Shown in pieces: positions 1-13,800 of a DNA stretch of 64,000 bases (its first letter is position 1; each line of letters starts with the position of its first letter). A program made the translations under genes and the position numbers. Below the pieces are notes generated by a model. It did not search any database and was not told the DNA's origin. It saw only the letters and a program-made list of their open reading frames with translations. This DNA is from Marsupella aquatica (lineage: Eukaryota > Plantae > Marchantiophyta). The stretch lies in NCBI GenBank assembly GCA_973895155.1, contig OZ316891.1:14353037-14417036 (forward strand), given 5' to 3'.

Positions 1-3000
1 ACAAGAAGAGCATCGAGAAGGCACGCCGCGAACTGCGTGCCTTCATTGCCGAGAATAACTGTGCTCCTCTGATGGTTCGGCTAGCGTAAGTTCTTTCTTG
101 GAGCTGACCTCCTGACCTTTTCTGTTGCCACTCACTTGCCTACCATGACTGATCGCGCGGAAGTAATATCCTGTTCTTTCTTTCTGTCACTCCAGAGGTC
201 TGTCTGTCTGTCCTTGATCTTCATCAAGGAAGTTAGCCATTAAGCCAGACTAGTGTTCTGAGCCAAGCCTCTCAGCGAGCGGCATTCAGGCCGGACAAGG
301 CCCAAGTCATACGAGTCCAGCATTGGACTGGACTGGACTGGACTGAACTGGACTGGATGGACGGACTATCTCTGCTGCCTCTTTTCGTGTAGAGTGAAAT
401 TGCGGAAGGGAGGAAGAATTGATGGATAATCGAGTGCCGCAGTCTCTTGCACAACCTTCTTGGACTGAAATTTTGCAGTAATCATGAAGTTGTCCGCAAA
501 GTGGGGCAGACTGTTTGTTCCCCTCTCCTCGCCTAAATTCTGTCTCGTCTACAGAGACTGTCAAAGTGGACGATATCATGATCCTGACAATGCATACCTT
601 TTTAACTGCCGTGAGAGTGAGCACCTAATGCCACAAGCGAAATTCTGTTTTCCGTTTCTCTTCCAATAAATTTTTCCCGACGACAGAAACTCTGCCTCGA
701 CCCAGAATCTTTTCTGATCTTTCGAGTCTCACGCCAAGGGAATATATCTGAATCTATTGTCAAGGACAACTGGCTTGTTCTCGCTCTAGAGTTGGTCTTC
801 TAACTGAACTAACCAACTACAGGCACTGATACATGCTCAGTGCCCGTCCGCACGAAATGTCTCCATTTGCGGAAAACGACCTTACTTGGAGTGGCTGAAG
901 TTTCTTCACAAATGGAGAAGTGCTATCTCATAAGATAGAACTCCGTACAGATCAATATCTAGTAGTGTGTAATTGATCTGTAGCTCTTTTAGCATTTTTT
1001 TGCTGCTCCTAATGCTGTTGTTTGTTTGGAGATATGCAGGTGGCACGATGCGGGCACTTATGATGCCAATACAATGACTGGAGGAGCTAACGCGTCGATC
1101 CGCAGTGAGCGGGAGTACACACATGGAGCCAACGCTGGCGTAAAGAAAGCAATTGATTGGATGGGTGAGGATTGAGCATTCTGGCCATACTATCTACCAC
1201 CTTGATTCAAAAGGGAAAGGAGTGTAAGCGAGAACAAAATATCAGTCCATGCTGTTCACCTTGGTTTCTTTCTCTCACTCGCTTGAAAGTTCTTTTTATA
1301 CTCAACAAGCATAACAAGCTTTTGGACAACTACAGTGGTTAGCAAGATGTCAAGTCATAAGAACTTAATGAATTTTGAACATCTATATTCTTAATTGCAT
1401 TTGGCATTCTCATTACTTACTTTCTCAGTTGAACATCTATATTCTTAATTGCATTCGGCATTCTTATTACTTACTTTCTCAGTGGTCATCTTTTTTCAGA
1501 GGACTTCAAAGTCAAATACCCAAACGTGACTTACGCGGATCTTTACCAGGTTGGTACTTGTCATGCCTGTTTCCACAGAAGTTACAGTTAAGGCAGTGGC
1601 CATGCTTTTTGAATATCGTCCCGTGAAGAGGTGGTTTACATGCGTTGTAGTGTTTAACTGATTCTGTTTGGTGGTGATGATTGGAGTGGACGTTCTTAAT
1701 TCAGTTGAACCTTTTCATAGAACCAGTATCCCTAGATCTTTAAAGAATAGAGAACATTATATCCAAGACTGCGTTGACAGCCTCTGAAGAGCGGGTTATT
1801 TTGTGATGGAAATGGTTGAGTGGCTCTATGTGTGAACATTCCAAAGCATGTACAACAGTCGGTAATGTCAACTGGATTGCAGTTAGCTGGCGTGGTAGCG
1901 GTTGAGGTGACTGGAGGTCCTACGATTGAGTTCATTCCTGGCCGTAAGGTTTGTGGTGTCCTCTACTTCACTTCTCCTAGGAAAGCTGAAGTTTGGCCGG
2001 TCGTATTTGCCTTCTTCAAAGAAATTGATAATGATCTGAATTATTGTAGTATCACAATGGACGACTTGATTTTGATTGTGGTGAAAGTTTTTCTTGCTAT
2101 CCGTATTGCTGTAAGCAACAGAGTGTGACGTTTTCTTGTTGTTAGGATTCGGTTGCCTGCCCTCCCGATGGACGTCTTCCAGATGCTACCAAAGGTAGTG
2201 GTCTCAAACTTGAATAACTTGCTCGTTAGCTTCCCTTGTGAGTTGAGGTAGCTAGCTTGACTATTGAAAATAACTGTAGATTTGAATTCAATTTTTTGCT
2301 TCTACAGTTTGTACTAAAAGCTTTGTGTTTTAGTACAGATAAAGAGTTTAAGGGATTATGGGTTTCAATCGTTTTGTCACAGGTCCACAACATCTCAGAG
2401 ACGTGTTTCATCGCATGGGTCTCTCAGATAAAGACATAGTGGCTCTCTCTGGTGCCCACACGTTGGTAAGTAATTCTATTGAAGTGGCCCCAGCTTTCTG
2501 ATCTATAAGGAAATAAAGCTGATTGGTGAATTCGAAGGGCATATGTTTGTGAATGAGTCCCCTCCAGCAGTCAGTATAAATCACTTCTAATCTTTCCCCA
2601 TGTTTTGGGATATTTTCTCGCAGGGAAGGGCACATAAGGACAGGTCTGGGTTTGAAGGGGCGTGGACTCGAGAGCCCTTAAAGTTCGACAATTCTTACTT
2701 CACGTGAGATTTGTTGGAGCTTTCTATTTTATCTTGAAGTAACTTTGTCTTTAATGTCTCAAATTTGTTTGCTGCGGTCAATAACCGCTGATTTCTGTCA
2801 AATTGTAGTGGCAGTGCTACATATAAACAGTGTGACTTTTCTGTTGGATCTTGCTTCTGCTCCCTGCAAGAATATTTGTTGAGATCTGGAAACCCTACAC
2901 AAACGATGGTTTGATACCAAACTTTTTTAATTCAAGGTTCTTCTCCTCGATGTCTGGCACAACAGTACTTCGTTTGACACGTCGAGATTGTTACGGATAA

Positions 3001-3603
3001 TCTGTGTGACAGGGAGCTTCTGAAAGGGGAGTCAGAGGGTTTGCTGCAGTTGCCAACTGACAAGGCTTTGCTTGAAGACTTGAGGTTTCGGCCTTATGTG
3101 GAGGCTTATGCAAAGGTTTGATGAAATTTTTCTCAAGGGTGTGGACGTTTCATGGAACGTGTCGTTTTTTGAGTTTCGTAACTTCTGATACTGTACGATT
3201 GCCTTCTCATGAAGATGTGTTGATATGAATCTTCCAATCACGTTGAACAAAATCACGGTGACTCTTCCGAAAAAGGGAATGACCTCCATGTGTGTGGTGT
3301 ACTCATTCGTATTATTTTTGAGGATTGGGTGAAAATATCAAAAATGCATATACCTTGATCTGATATATGGGATTGGAATAACAGGACGAAGATCTATTTT
3401 TCCAAGAGTATGCTGTTTCACATAAGAAGCTGTCCGAGCTGGGACAACCGCAGTTAACCTCTTCTACCAGGAAAGAGGTTTCGGTAGACACTACCAGTGC
3501 ATCTAGTGTCTTAGCACAAGCTGGTGTTGGGGTTGTTGTGACCGCTATCGTCATTGCTGCAAGCTATCTGTATGAGGCAAAGCGGAAGTTGGCCCGTAGT
3601 TAG
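1..3603 (+). CDS. APX3: Ascorbate peroxidase, peroxisomal membrane-anchored (APX3-like); start codon upstream of window
   Basis: GT-AG exons ~1-85, 1040-1164, 1500-1549, 1883-1948, 2146-2194, 2383-2465, 2624-2703, 3012-3115, 3384-3603 translate to [55 protein letters not shown]-terminal hydrophobic anchor ([18 protein letters not shown]) followed by basic KRK; stop TAG 3601-3603. Confidence 0.95.
324..357. repeat. (TGGAC)n microsatellite in APX intron 1
   Basis: tggactggactggactggactgaactggactgga. Confidence 0.9.
1375..1482 (+). repeat. 54-bp tandem duplication in an APX intron
   Basis: ttgaacatctatattcttaattgcatt(t/c)ggcattct(c/t)attacttactttctcag twice (1375-1428, 1429-1482), 2 mismatches. 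Confidence 0.95.
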
Positions 3604-4856
3604 TCTCGGCATTGGCACAAGGAGATCAGCCTGGACCATTTCCAATTTGCAAGGGCCATTTCAGTTGTATACATGAAAAAGGGTGGTGATGATGGGCGCT
3701 GTATGTGTAATGTAATGTAATTATAATATATTGGTCCTAGAACTAGACATAGACAAAACATATGAGAATCCCTGTGGTGATCAAGGTTATCAACCATCCA
3801 CACTGTTCTTGGGCTGATGCCACATTACCAATAGCAAGGTATCCTCTCGGGCTCGAAACGACATTTCGAGGGGAGAACAGATTCTAGTCTTTCTCAAGTA
3901 TTCCGCAGAATGCAAAGGACAGAGGAGGTACAATTACTTCCATAGAAGTCTGTATGTGGTTTGGCAAGTACGTGAAAGAAAAACATCTCACCCAAAGACT
4001 TTTCGAGAAACTTGATTCGTCATTTTGAGTGTTGTAACAGCTCCTCGTCAGATGCACTACCCAAAATATTTTCGATCTGAGATTAGATGTAGATGGTCCG
4101 CTTTTCCTAGCTGAACAATACCTTTGAACAACTCGAGAGCTTCCCTGTTAAGATCAGGTAGTTCTGCAATGCCTTGCGCTCGCTTTCCCTCCTCGGAATG
4201 ATTCCTTGTAGGGTGGGAAGATTTGAAATTAGATGTCCCTTAACGAACCCAGTAGTCTATCGAGTGTCCTTCTAGTATAAACTCACTTCGGAGGATGACC
4301 AATTGTACTGACGTGATCATGCAACCTAGTCAGGTCGCTAGGGGATTGCGTTTGTGACCAGAAACGTCTCAGCTTCAGTAAAACAAACATCGTCATGGAG
4401 GGCTTCGAGAAAACAATGTCGGGGGTGGGCCGAATAAATTTGCTCAGAAACGTCGGTCATCTCACATCACGATTAGTGAAACACTTGGAGGACCAACCAT
4501 TTAGATCCGCAGTTCTGGAAGTCGGGGATGGGTCACATACTTTACAATGGGGCGGTCCCAACAAAGTCAAAGGAGGCGATTGGAAGATCAGCTGGGTTCA
4601 AGATTTGCAACCACAAGGCCAGCGTTTTCTGGGCAAATTTATTCGACCACACAATCCCGCGAGCTGGCCATATTGCAACCTCAAGACCATATCCACTCCC
4701 GAGCTGTTTTTGATAATAATAATGTGAAAGCCCACCCCTCAAAAAGGCGAGGAGGGACTTGTTTATTACTTACACCTTCGGGAAATCTACAAGGGTGGTC
4801 TTTGAAATTTACATGTTCTTGCAGGCATCCCAAAAGGGTCACACGTTAGCAATCAA

Positions 4857-7800
4857 TCAGTCACTGAGGGTGAGAATCATGGCCACCCCACGGCGAATCC
4901 AATAGTCCTGTGGGCGATCGGAGGGGAGGTCGATGTTCATGACAAAATTGGAGGAGTGACCAGTAGTGGCCAGCACCCCTCGTCTCTCCGTGGTCCTGTA
5001 CAGTGGGCATGTGTAGCATGGAAACCTGGCCTTCTCTGAAACTATGCACGGCTGCAGCCAAATGAGCGGTGCAGGTGAGTACAGCACCTTCGGCTGAGAC
5101 TCTGTCAAGATCATGCCATCTTCGTCCCAACGCGCTCCCTCAATCGACATCCCATACACATAGCACCCGTCCTCTGGCTTCACGTCATACTTGCCTGCAT
5201 AATTATGCAGCAATCACCCTCTTAGCTGTCAGATGACATTAGCAAAATAGTACTGTAACACAACGTTGATTGGAACTAAGGTACTCAACTCAGTCCGTGT
5301 GTGTGTTCAAGGTGTCTGTCCCTCACTTACCATCACTGAGGAAGACACAACATGGGATCTCCTGCCAAAATGTTCTTGAGTACTAGGAAAGTCTAGCGAC
5401 GTACCCAAACATGACCCTATCATACTTTCATTGGGGCACACAGATGGGCAAGACAACTGGTTCTAGAGGTTGTTCCTGTTGGGGTGGGGGAATCGGGCTA
5501 TGAATGGCATCAGAGTTGAAGAGCTGGGTTGCCCTGTTCCAAGGATACACATGGAATTGCAAAGAGACAGCGAAAGGTCTGGGAATTTCACAAAATGAAT
5601 ATAAATTTCTTTATCTAATCTGCCTCATCAGCATGTTTTGGGCTATTGGATCTAATGGCATCAAAATGATCCTCATATTTAGAAATCCATGCATGAAATT
5701 ACTACTGCAATCCTGCCAAAAAGCTCTTTAAAATTCAAGCAAGCCAAAGCATTCCTTACGCGAGTCAAAGCAGACAAGCTTACGTGAGACCAACTTCTCC
5801 ATATACAAGAATTCATGCATGCATGCAAGAAGCTTTCGCATACTTCTTTGGAGTTCATGTGTCTCCACACCAGATATCTTCATGGTTTAGAGGAACGAAT
5901 TTTGAAAGACGAAGAAGGGTATTGTCGGGATGTTAGAAACGTGTCGGAGCAATGTGAGAATCTAGGTGAATTTCCAACTTGCAGTGAGAGAAAGAGATAG
6001 AGAGTGTACAGCAGAGGGAGTTACCTTCTTTGCGCATGCACTTGAAGTACCATCCCACTGTGTCGATCGGAATTTGATACCTTCGAGCAAAATTCTGTAG
6101 CACTCCCGTAAGGAAGGCATGAGTGAAGAAAAAGCCGCTGATCCAGAACTTTGGTGGTATCCCGTTGTCCATCCAGTTCTGGAGCATGTTGAGGCGTTGG
6201 TAGAGGTCTGCGGCGTAGCTCAGGAGTGGTTTCATGGTTGGATAGGAGGAGGGGCTCCACATAGCTGGCATTCTCTGCAGGTACATGCTCTGGGCCAGTT
6301 TCTCTACCTCAGAGGACATTACTATAAGTCCCTTCAATGTTTTCTGCACCACTACAAGGCTGTTCCGTATAACCTGTTTTCTCCAACCCCAAAATTCATC
6401 CATGCATCAGTTTAGGGCCTTGTAGGGGCTGAGGTCAAGCAGTTATCATTTACAGCAGGTGGTGAGCCAGGTTATATGATACAGTAGATAGTGAACCGGG
6501 TAACATTCCACAGTATAATAGACCCCTTCTTAATTAATCCCTTACCTTGGTGTATTTTCCAACAGGTTTCTACTTGAGTTTTTTCCCAAAAGATTTCTCC
6601 AAAAGATGGGTCCATATATCTGATTATTGCATAGGATTCTCAGTGGACTTTTTTTGAAACTATTGGTAGGACGTATTTAACACGACCGCAGTGTGACAAC
6701 AATTGACATCATTGTTGACTGGGAGAATTTGGTTCCACTTTGGCCGGCCATTGGCCCAGGGAGGGATCCCAGAACACAAGAGAGAGAACGAGGATGAAAG
6801 AGATTATCGGAAGATCGAATAACACGCACGTCCGTAAGCTTGTTGTAACGAATCATTTCTTGGTGAAGGACAGAGTTCATGCTTTCTTTGTATTCCACGG
6901 GATACTTGAATCGGGCCATTTCCACGTCAAATGGCGGTGGAAGTTTGGATGATATGTCTGCAGCAATCTCCAGGATAATTTCCTCTCGAGACTTGCCACC
7001 GGTACTCCCGGCACTACCCTGCATGGATGGATGTATGAATAAACAGGCCAGTTGTTCAGATAGAGTCCGGAACAAATGAGCGATAAATGTTTTGGGTGTA
7101 CACTGAGCGAGGAAACAAATTACGATGTCGAGGAGTGAGGTTCTGGAGGTGTAGGATTGCTCTACTGATGGCACCAGTCTCATGTTCGACTTAATGAAAC
7201 AAAATCCTCTCCAAGCCATGGTACGTACAAAGCTTAGTGGCAGACTACTAGCCAAAAATTCAAACAGACCTCATCTAGGTGTCATTTGACATTTTGCAAT
7301 TATTTTAGTGAAGGGCCCGAGATGAAGCAAATTTTTTTGTACGGCATCTACGGAACGTTATTACCCCAAGATCCTGACTAAAGAATAAAATAGATCAGAA
7401 TAGAATAGAATAGAAAGAGATCGACCATTGTGGCTTGAATGCAAAAAAGAAACTGATCGCTCTCCTGCTGGTCCTTCGTAATGTCAGCGTTCTCATCCAG
7501 CCCAAAGCATTCAGGTTTCGCTTGCATTGGAAATTCCCTGATGTATTCTATGTAGTCTTGGTACTTGCAGTCTAGTGGTGCGCCATATAAGCCTGACGGG
7601 GAAAACTTGTAGTCGTCCTCCAGGATTGCAGGAGTGTAGAATACACTCAAAATGCTCATTAGTGTTCGGCGATCATTACCATCAGTAACTTTGCCACCGT
7701 AATTGCATTCCCCAGTCAAGTAAGTAATTGCCTGCGCGAGCCAACAAACAATTAGTTTTCTAAGACATTCCACTGTGTACTGCAGCTTCCATTAAATATG

Positions 7801-10800
7801 GGTGCATAGAAACCTTCAGTATTGTGATTTCCCGGAGGTTTAAGCTTTGAGAAGAGATTCTGATGATCCCAAGCAACCTCACCCTCGGGACACTTCACGC
7901 ATAATTCAAGACTCGCTGCATAATCCCAAAACTTTTAGATTGCAAAATAAAATAAGAATTAAACGTTGGTATATTTTATGTCCTCTTTCAAGCCGGGGAT
8001 GCGAATGATTTTAATGCCCTCCAAGACAAGGCTGAGTACCAACCTTACAAGGCCTCTGCCAACACTCTAGAGCCCACTATACGTCAACTGTGAAATTCTG
8101 TATAATAACTTCCCTCATGTGGACCCGTTTCCTTAAAAACGAGGGAACAACGCTTGCAACGATGTGGAAGATAGGCGTGTAACTTAAACTGAAAACGGAG
8201 TAGTCGCTGTGACGTTTGTTAACGATCAGGATCAAAAGCATTCCTACCTTAAATTGGATGGTATCCGGGTAATCAATGAGGAAGGATTGTAGTTGTCGTA
8301 TGCTTATTTTGAGATCTGGGTCGCTGAACTGGTATGGAATGTTCCAGCCAAGTGGCCCATATTTGAGACGTTCCTGTACAGATGCATGGAAAAAGCACAA
8401 ACCAAACACCATCTTTCTCCAGACCTGACCTCTCTCTCCAGTTACTTTTTCCCAGAACTTCTGATCGCTTAGTGGATAACTTTGATAACTCTGCAGAAGA
8501 TTTTGTGATCCACAGGCACAATTGTCATGAATAGGGAAAAAACTTATTGATGAAGAGAATTTTCAAGATGTATATAGCAATTATCAGTGTTCCAGTCCCC
8601 GGCCTTACGCCTTTTGACGGATGGGACTAAGGCAACAATAGGGCTAGTAGCAACAAAGCAAGACTCACCGATGTGACCCAACCATGTAGTACTAGTGCTT
8701 CTACTGGCTCTTTAGGTGTTACCAAAAAAAAGCTTTCTCTGATTTTTAGTTAAGTAGTACTACGGCTTAATGATTCCACTCCAGACTACAAGCCCTCTCT
8801 AGAGCTTGTGATTCTCAACGCATGCCAGAAATTTCCCCTTTTAAGACCAAAGTGTGAATGAATTTTCTCCATTCGGGCCAAAGATCAAAGTCAATTCTTT
8901 AGACGTTTACTATGAAGCAGCATATAAAGTAAAGAACCTTACCAACAACATGTTTGCTCGAAGGCCCTTAGGAGATTCGTTTGTCATTTTTACACTATTT
9001 TGCAAAATGGAAACTGGAAAGTGCTCTGAAGGGTAACTGGTGAGCCATAGGCGGAAACTAATATTGCAATGGTCAGGGGTTATGTTCTCCGCAATTCTTT
9101 CCAGGTGCTGCATCCATGATGCTGCAAGATGACAATTCTGCAGGACAACCCAGTCACCAGTCCGAATTCCTTTTTCTATCATCTCAGCTGCTTTTGGCCC
9201 TTGCCCTTGCCCCAGAGACACTGTGTTTACCTGCAAGCAAGATTTCGTGGCTGAGTTAGACCTCTCTACTCATTCACTGCTCTGAGGTCATCCATTATAC
9301 TACTTGTTCAATGAGAAACATTGTTTTAAGTGTTATCACATAACGTTAAGGGAGTTTCCAAAAAGGGATCGATATTATTTTCGCGCCTATCAGCGATTAC
9401 TTGGATGCTAATAAGACTCAAAAACAAGACTAGTTCATTAAATTAAGCGAAAAAGCCAAATACCTTACATTTTGTTTGATACCTTCAGCGTACTTGAGAA
9501 GAGTTGCCATGGGATCTGATCCAGCTGAAAGAACAAAAACTAACGGTATGATGTTACTAGAATCAGGATACACGGTTGCCAAATCAAATATTGGTGGTTC
9601 CATGTACTTCTGGCCCATGGCTGCGAGTACATAGTCACTAACACTTCCCACAAGTTTCCCAGGACGTAGCACACGGATGACAATAAGTTTTTGGAAGGTG
9701 TTCAATTTTTCACCCCATTTCGATGGGAAGGGTGCTCTGTAGGGCGTAGGGGATTCATACACTGGCAGCCATGCTTTGGGATTCTTGGCGAAGTCATCAC
9801 TGAAGCCCTGGATCACAGGCCAAAAAAGATTGAGTCTCCTATACCTGAACGATATCTGTAATCCAGACTATTCCTTCTTGTACTTCTTTCTGTGTGGGAG
9901 TTTGAGCATTTTTAGATCAGGTAGTTGTCCACAAATAACCTCTTCTTCCTTTCTTACAACAGAATGGATATCATCAGTAGGGAAATGCTTAAAGTAAACT
10001 TGCCACAAACGTTGGAAGTGCTGAAAGACTGATCATCTCCAACCAAAGCTTCTCTGCTAGCCATGTTGCAGGATTTTTTGGTTTCTCTCCAGCAGCTACC
10101 AAACCACCCAGTGTAAAGAAGTTGAACTCTTCGCGAAGTATCTTTCCTTGCTGTAGCCAGATAGTTGAACAAATCAGGAAAGAAAGTAGCATCTTGTCCT
10201 TCTCAAACAGGCTGCGGGATATATTCCAGTATAGCAGATATGTGAAATATGTGTTGAGAATTTCTAGTCGAGTTGGGAGATGGTTGGCTTTTTCCGCATC
10301 TCTCATAGCATTGAAGAAGAGTCCCATGTACCTATCAAGCATATGGAAGTGATCCCTAATTAGAAATCCTGATTATCGTCATGGGTAGTGAAGCACAAGT
10401 AGTGCACGCATATTGCTGCGATGCAAACCGGAATGATAACGAAGTGTGACTTTCTTATAGAATGCACACTTTCCAAAAGGGAGCAAGGGAAAGAAAGTAT
10501 GGGAAGTAAGCTAAACGAATGAATGACTTCAACTTTATGGTCCATAGTCCACCAATTAGGCAGCATACCAAGAAAGAGAATACTGGTACATAGGGTCAAT
10601 GCAGCAGAGGTCAGCGATGGTGAAAAACAGAGATGAAACATGGACAGCCACTGGGATATAACCCTTTCGAGCTTCATCAATGCGAGCCTCGGTCTTTACT
10701 GCAATTCTTTGCTTTTCTGCTATCTCAACTGATAGAACCTTTGAAGATGAAATTGTATCGATAGCACTTTCATCTTCCAAGATATTTCCTTCTGAACTTG

Positions 10801-13800
10801 ATAAGATCTGGGGCAATCAGAATGCAATATTCAGCTGGATAATGCAGGAAGCAGTCCACTTTCACGCACTGCAAGTAGTAGTGATTACGGTGACAAACTT
10901 TTAACACACATTTCTGAAAGATAAGATAGATAATATGTTAGCCGGGTGGCTACGGGGTGCTTCTCAGGCAGTGGTATATGTTTTCCTGCTGTGGCCATAT
11001 ATTATAATCTCAGAAACGCTGCAGCTCAGTTTTTTCCTAGGCCCAATAATTTTCTCCTGACTATCTTGGCAGAGAATTCAGATCTCGATTAACATAAGAA
11101 ATCCAAATTCCCAAAACTATATTAATTAGTCTACTCTGGGTAGAAGATCGACGACACTCTAGGCAAATGTGGGCCACATCCGTATCAATTGTGAAACCAC
11201 TTCGACAGGATGGTACAGGGAATGCAGCTTGTATTTGCTTAATTTGAATTTCAGAGTCGATTGCCCAGCTTTCCCAATCTTTCTAGTGCGATTTTGACCA
11301 GAAGTACACCTGAATGATGCGATCTTCAATATCCTTGAGCTGTCGTTGATTTTCTGCACCTTGAACCACAAGCTGCGTCTTCTCTTCTTCTAAGTCTGGG
11401 CGTTCGCTTTTCACTGCCATACCTAGCAACTGATCCTCCAGACCATCTGGGGTAATCATGAAGTTCAAGAGGCTGATCTTCACCGAGACCTGCCCCAAAG
11501 CCAGATAAACGTCAAAGATCACTTCTGAAGCTATAGATTCAAAGTTCTGTACAAAGTCTTCTGAAAGTGTATGCGAGAAGAATAGTTCTATACGTGGAAG
11601 ACAAGGATAACAATGCCTATTCCAGGACATTGGGAGAGACGCCATGCAGGACAAGGGGCAGCAGCCTTTTCAACAACAGTATGTCAGACCCGAGCGCATC
11701 GGCTCACTTTTCAGTTGGCTTCAGGAAAGAATCAGAACACATCTCACCTCAGGCGCATAGTGAGGATTTCTCATTTTTGTCGTGATGTAGAATCTGAACT
11801 TCTCATTGTACTCAATGACACTGTCACCAAGCCGGATCTGGTATGATCCAGCACTTTTAAAAACAGCCCTGGCCAGTAATGGCTCCAAAGTTGGATCCAA
11901 CTCCTCCATAACATTTTCCAAGAGCAGAGGATAACCAAAGGTGATGCAATTTTCCAGTTTTCTTACGAAGTCCCCATCAGAGGGCTTCATAACTTGTAGA
12001 TTATTCTTCTTCTGCATGTTCTGTGAAGATACAAGAAGATTTCATAACGTGTTGGGTGCATCTCAACAAAATGCTACATCTTGGCCTTCCATTCGGCACC
12101 TAGATTTCTTACGATTGCGTTGCAACACGTATCAGAAAACTTGAAAAATAAGTACAGCATAGAGGAGCTCTGTAGTGCTAATTATCACCTTGATCCACTT
12201 GTTGGCCTGTCCTTGGGGATCTATGAGGAGTGGCCAACGTCTTGAGGAGCTCACGATGATACCATTGTCGACAGAAAAGCTGTCATTCGGTAATCCGTCT
12301 ATGACCCAGTCTCGAATCGTCACTGGATTGCCTAGCACAGTGGCCAATTTGAATGTGGGAGAACTTGGAATATTTCTGCCTAAACAATTGGCACCCCATT
12401 CTTTAAGTAGCTTCTCTCTGTAAGGCATGGTCACAGGCCCAAGGTACGCAATGTAGCCTGAGGCTAAAAGCACATCTCCTGTCAAACACACATATACCTT
12501 ATCTAGGTCCTCACCCACATTGGCCCAACGAACCTTCTCTCCTCCCAGGCCTCCAATCAATTTCTCTGCACGGCTCAGTTTCTGCAAACCTCAACAGTTA
12601 TAATAGGTGGTTTTGACATTGCCTTTGGCTTCCACAATGCTACAAGCTAATGCTCCTTTAATAGAGGAGACGGGCGACTGCGTCACTTCGAACGTTTATT
12701 TTATTAGCTGGGTTTGGCTGCTTTCTATTCCGTAAGACCGTTGTAAGTGAGCCATCACAATATTCCAAATTTCAGATATGCTAGGTTCTCTCTTTCTCAA
12801 TAATCGACTCATAATAGCAGCCGTTGTCCTTGGCTGAGATCAACGCAGTCATCGGTAATTGAATATAGCCCAACGCTCGTATCGTAGAATGATATGAAAA
12901 ATGCTAAGATCGATATCCATTAGATGGCATAGGGAAAACTTGAATGCAAATCAGTGGATGAGAGTTAAACCAAGGTTCTTCACTGAATACTAGGGAAACC
13001 TAACATATGAATGATCCATTCGCATTTCGTTCTTAAGCAACATACCTTCTGACAGTTATTGACTTCTCCTTCAAGTAAGGCTTTCTTTCCTTCCATAATA
13101 TTCAGTTTATCTTGAAGCTTTTGCAGCTTTGCCTGTACTTGAAGAAGACTTTCCTTCTTTGCAGCAAGAGCCTTCTGAAGCTCAGAAAATTCCGCTTCCG
13201 CTGCAGCTAGTTTTGCCTTTTTGGGTGCAACAACCTACAGAATGGGATAATTTACGCACAGCATATGAGTAGTCTTGGACATACATGGATTGCATTTGTA
13301 CACATGGAGAACATTTCAATTAGATTTTTTTTTACTTGTCCGAATCAATTCCCAATCTTAGTCAGCATCAATCAAAAGGAGGAGTACAGGATATCTTTAG
13401 ACCTTTGCCACTCGATCGTAACTCTCCATAGCCCGCACCCAACAACACAGTCCATACGCTGCTTTGGAAGCCTTCTGTACAACCTCAGGGACAAACTCTG
13501 GAAGAACTAGATAGGTGCGAATCCTCTCAATAATCTTGGGATTTATGTTATCCTTATCAAAGTCTTTGAGTGTCTGGAGAAACTGACTATCAGCAAGCAT
13601 CTGTTGTGCAGGTCCCCAGTAGTCTTCAATTTTAGCTCCGGGCTTTTTGGGATCTGGTATCCTTTTGGATTTAACCTGGGAGAAGACGAATGTTTTATTC
13701 CTTCGATAACTCTTAAAGGTACTCAAAAGCGAGAGCAGTACGGAAAAACTTTGCCAAGAGCAAATGAATGATTCAATTTCAACATGCAGGACCAATAGAA

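Noticed and set aside
4395-4849. Short ORFs between the APX and dynein 3' ends
   Set aside because: No recognisable motifs; overlapping frames; probably UTR or intergenic.
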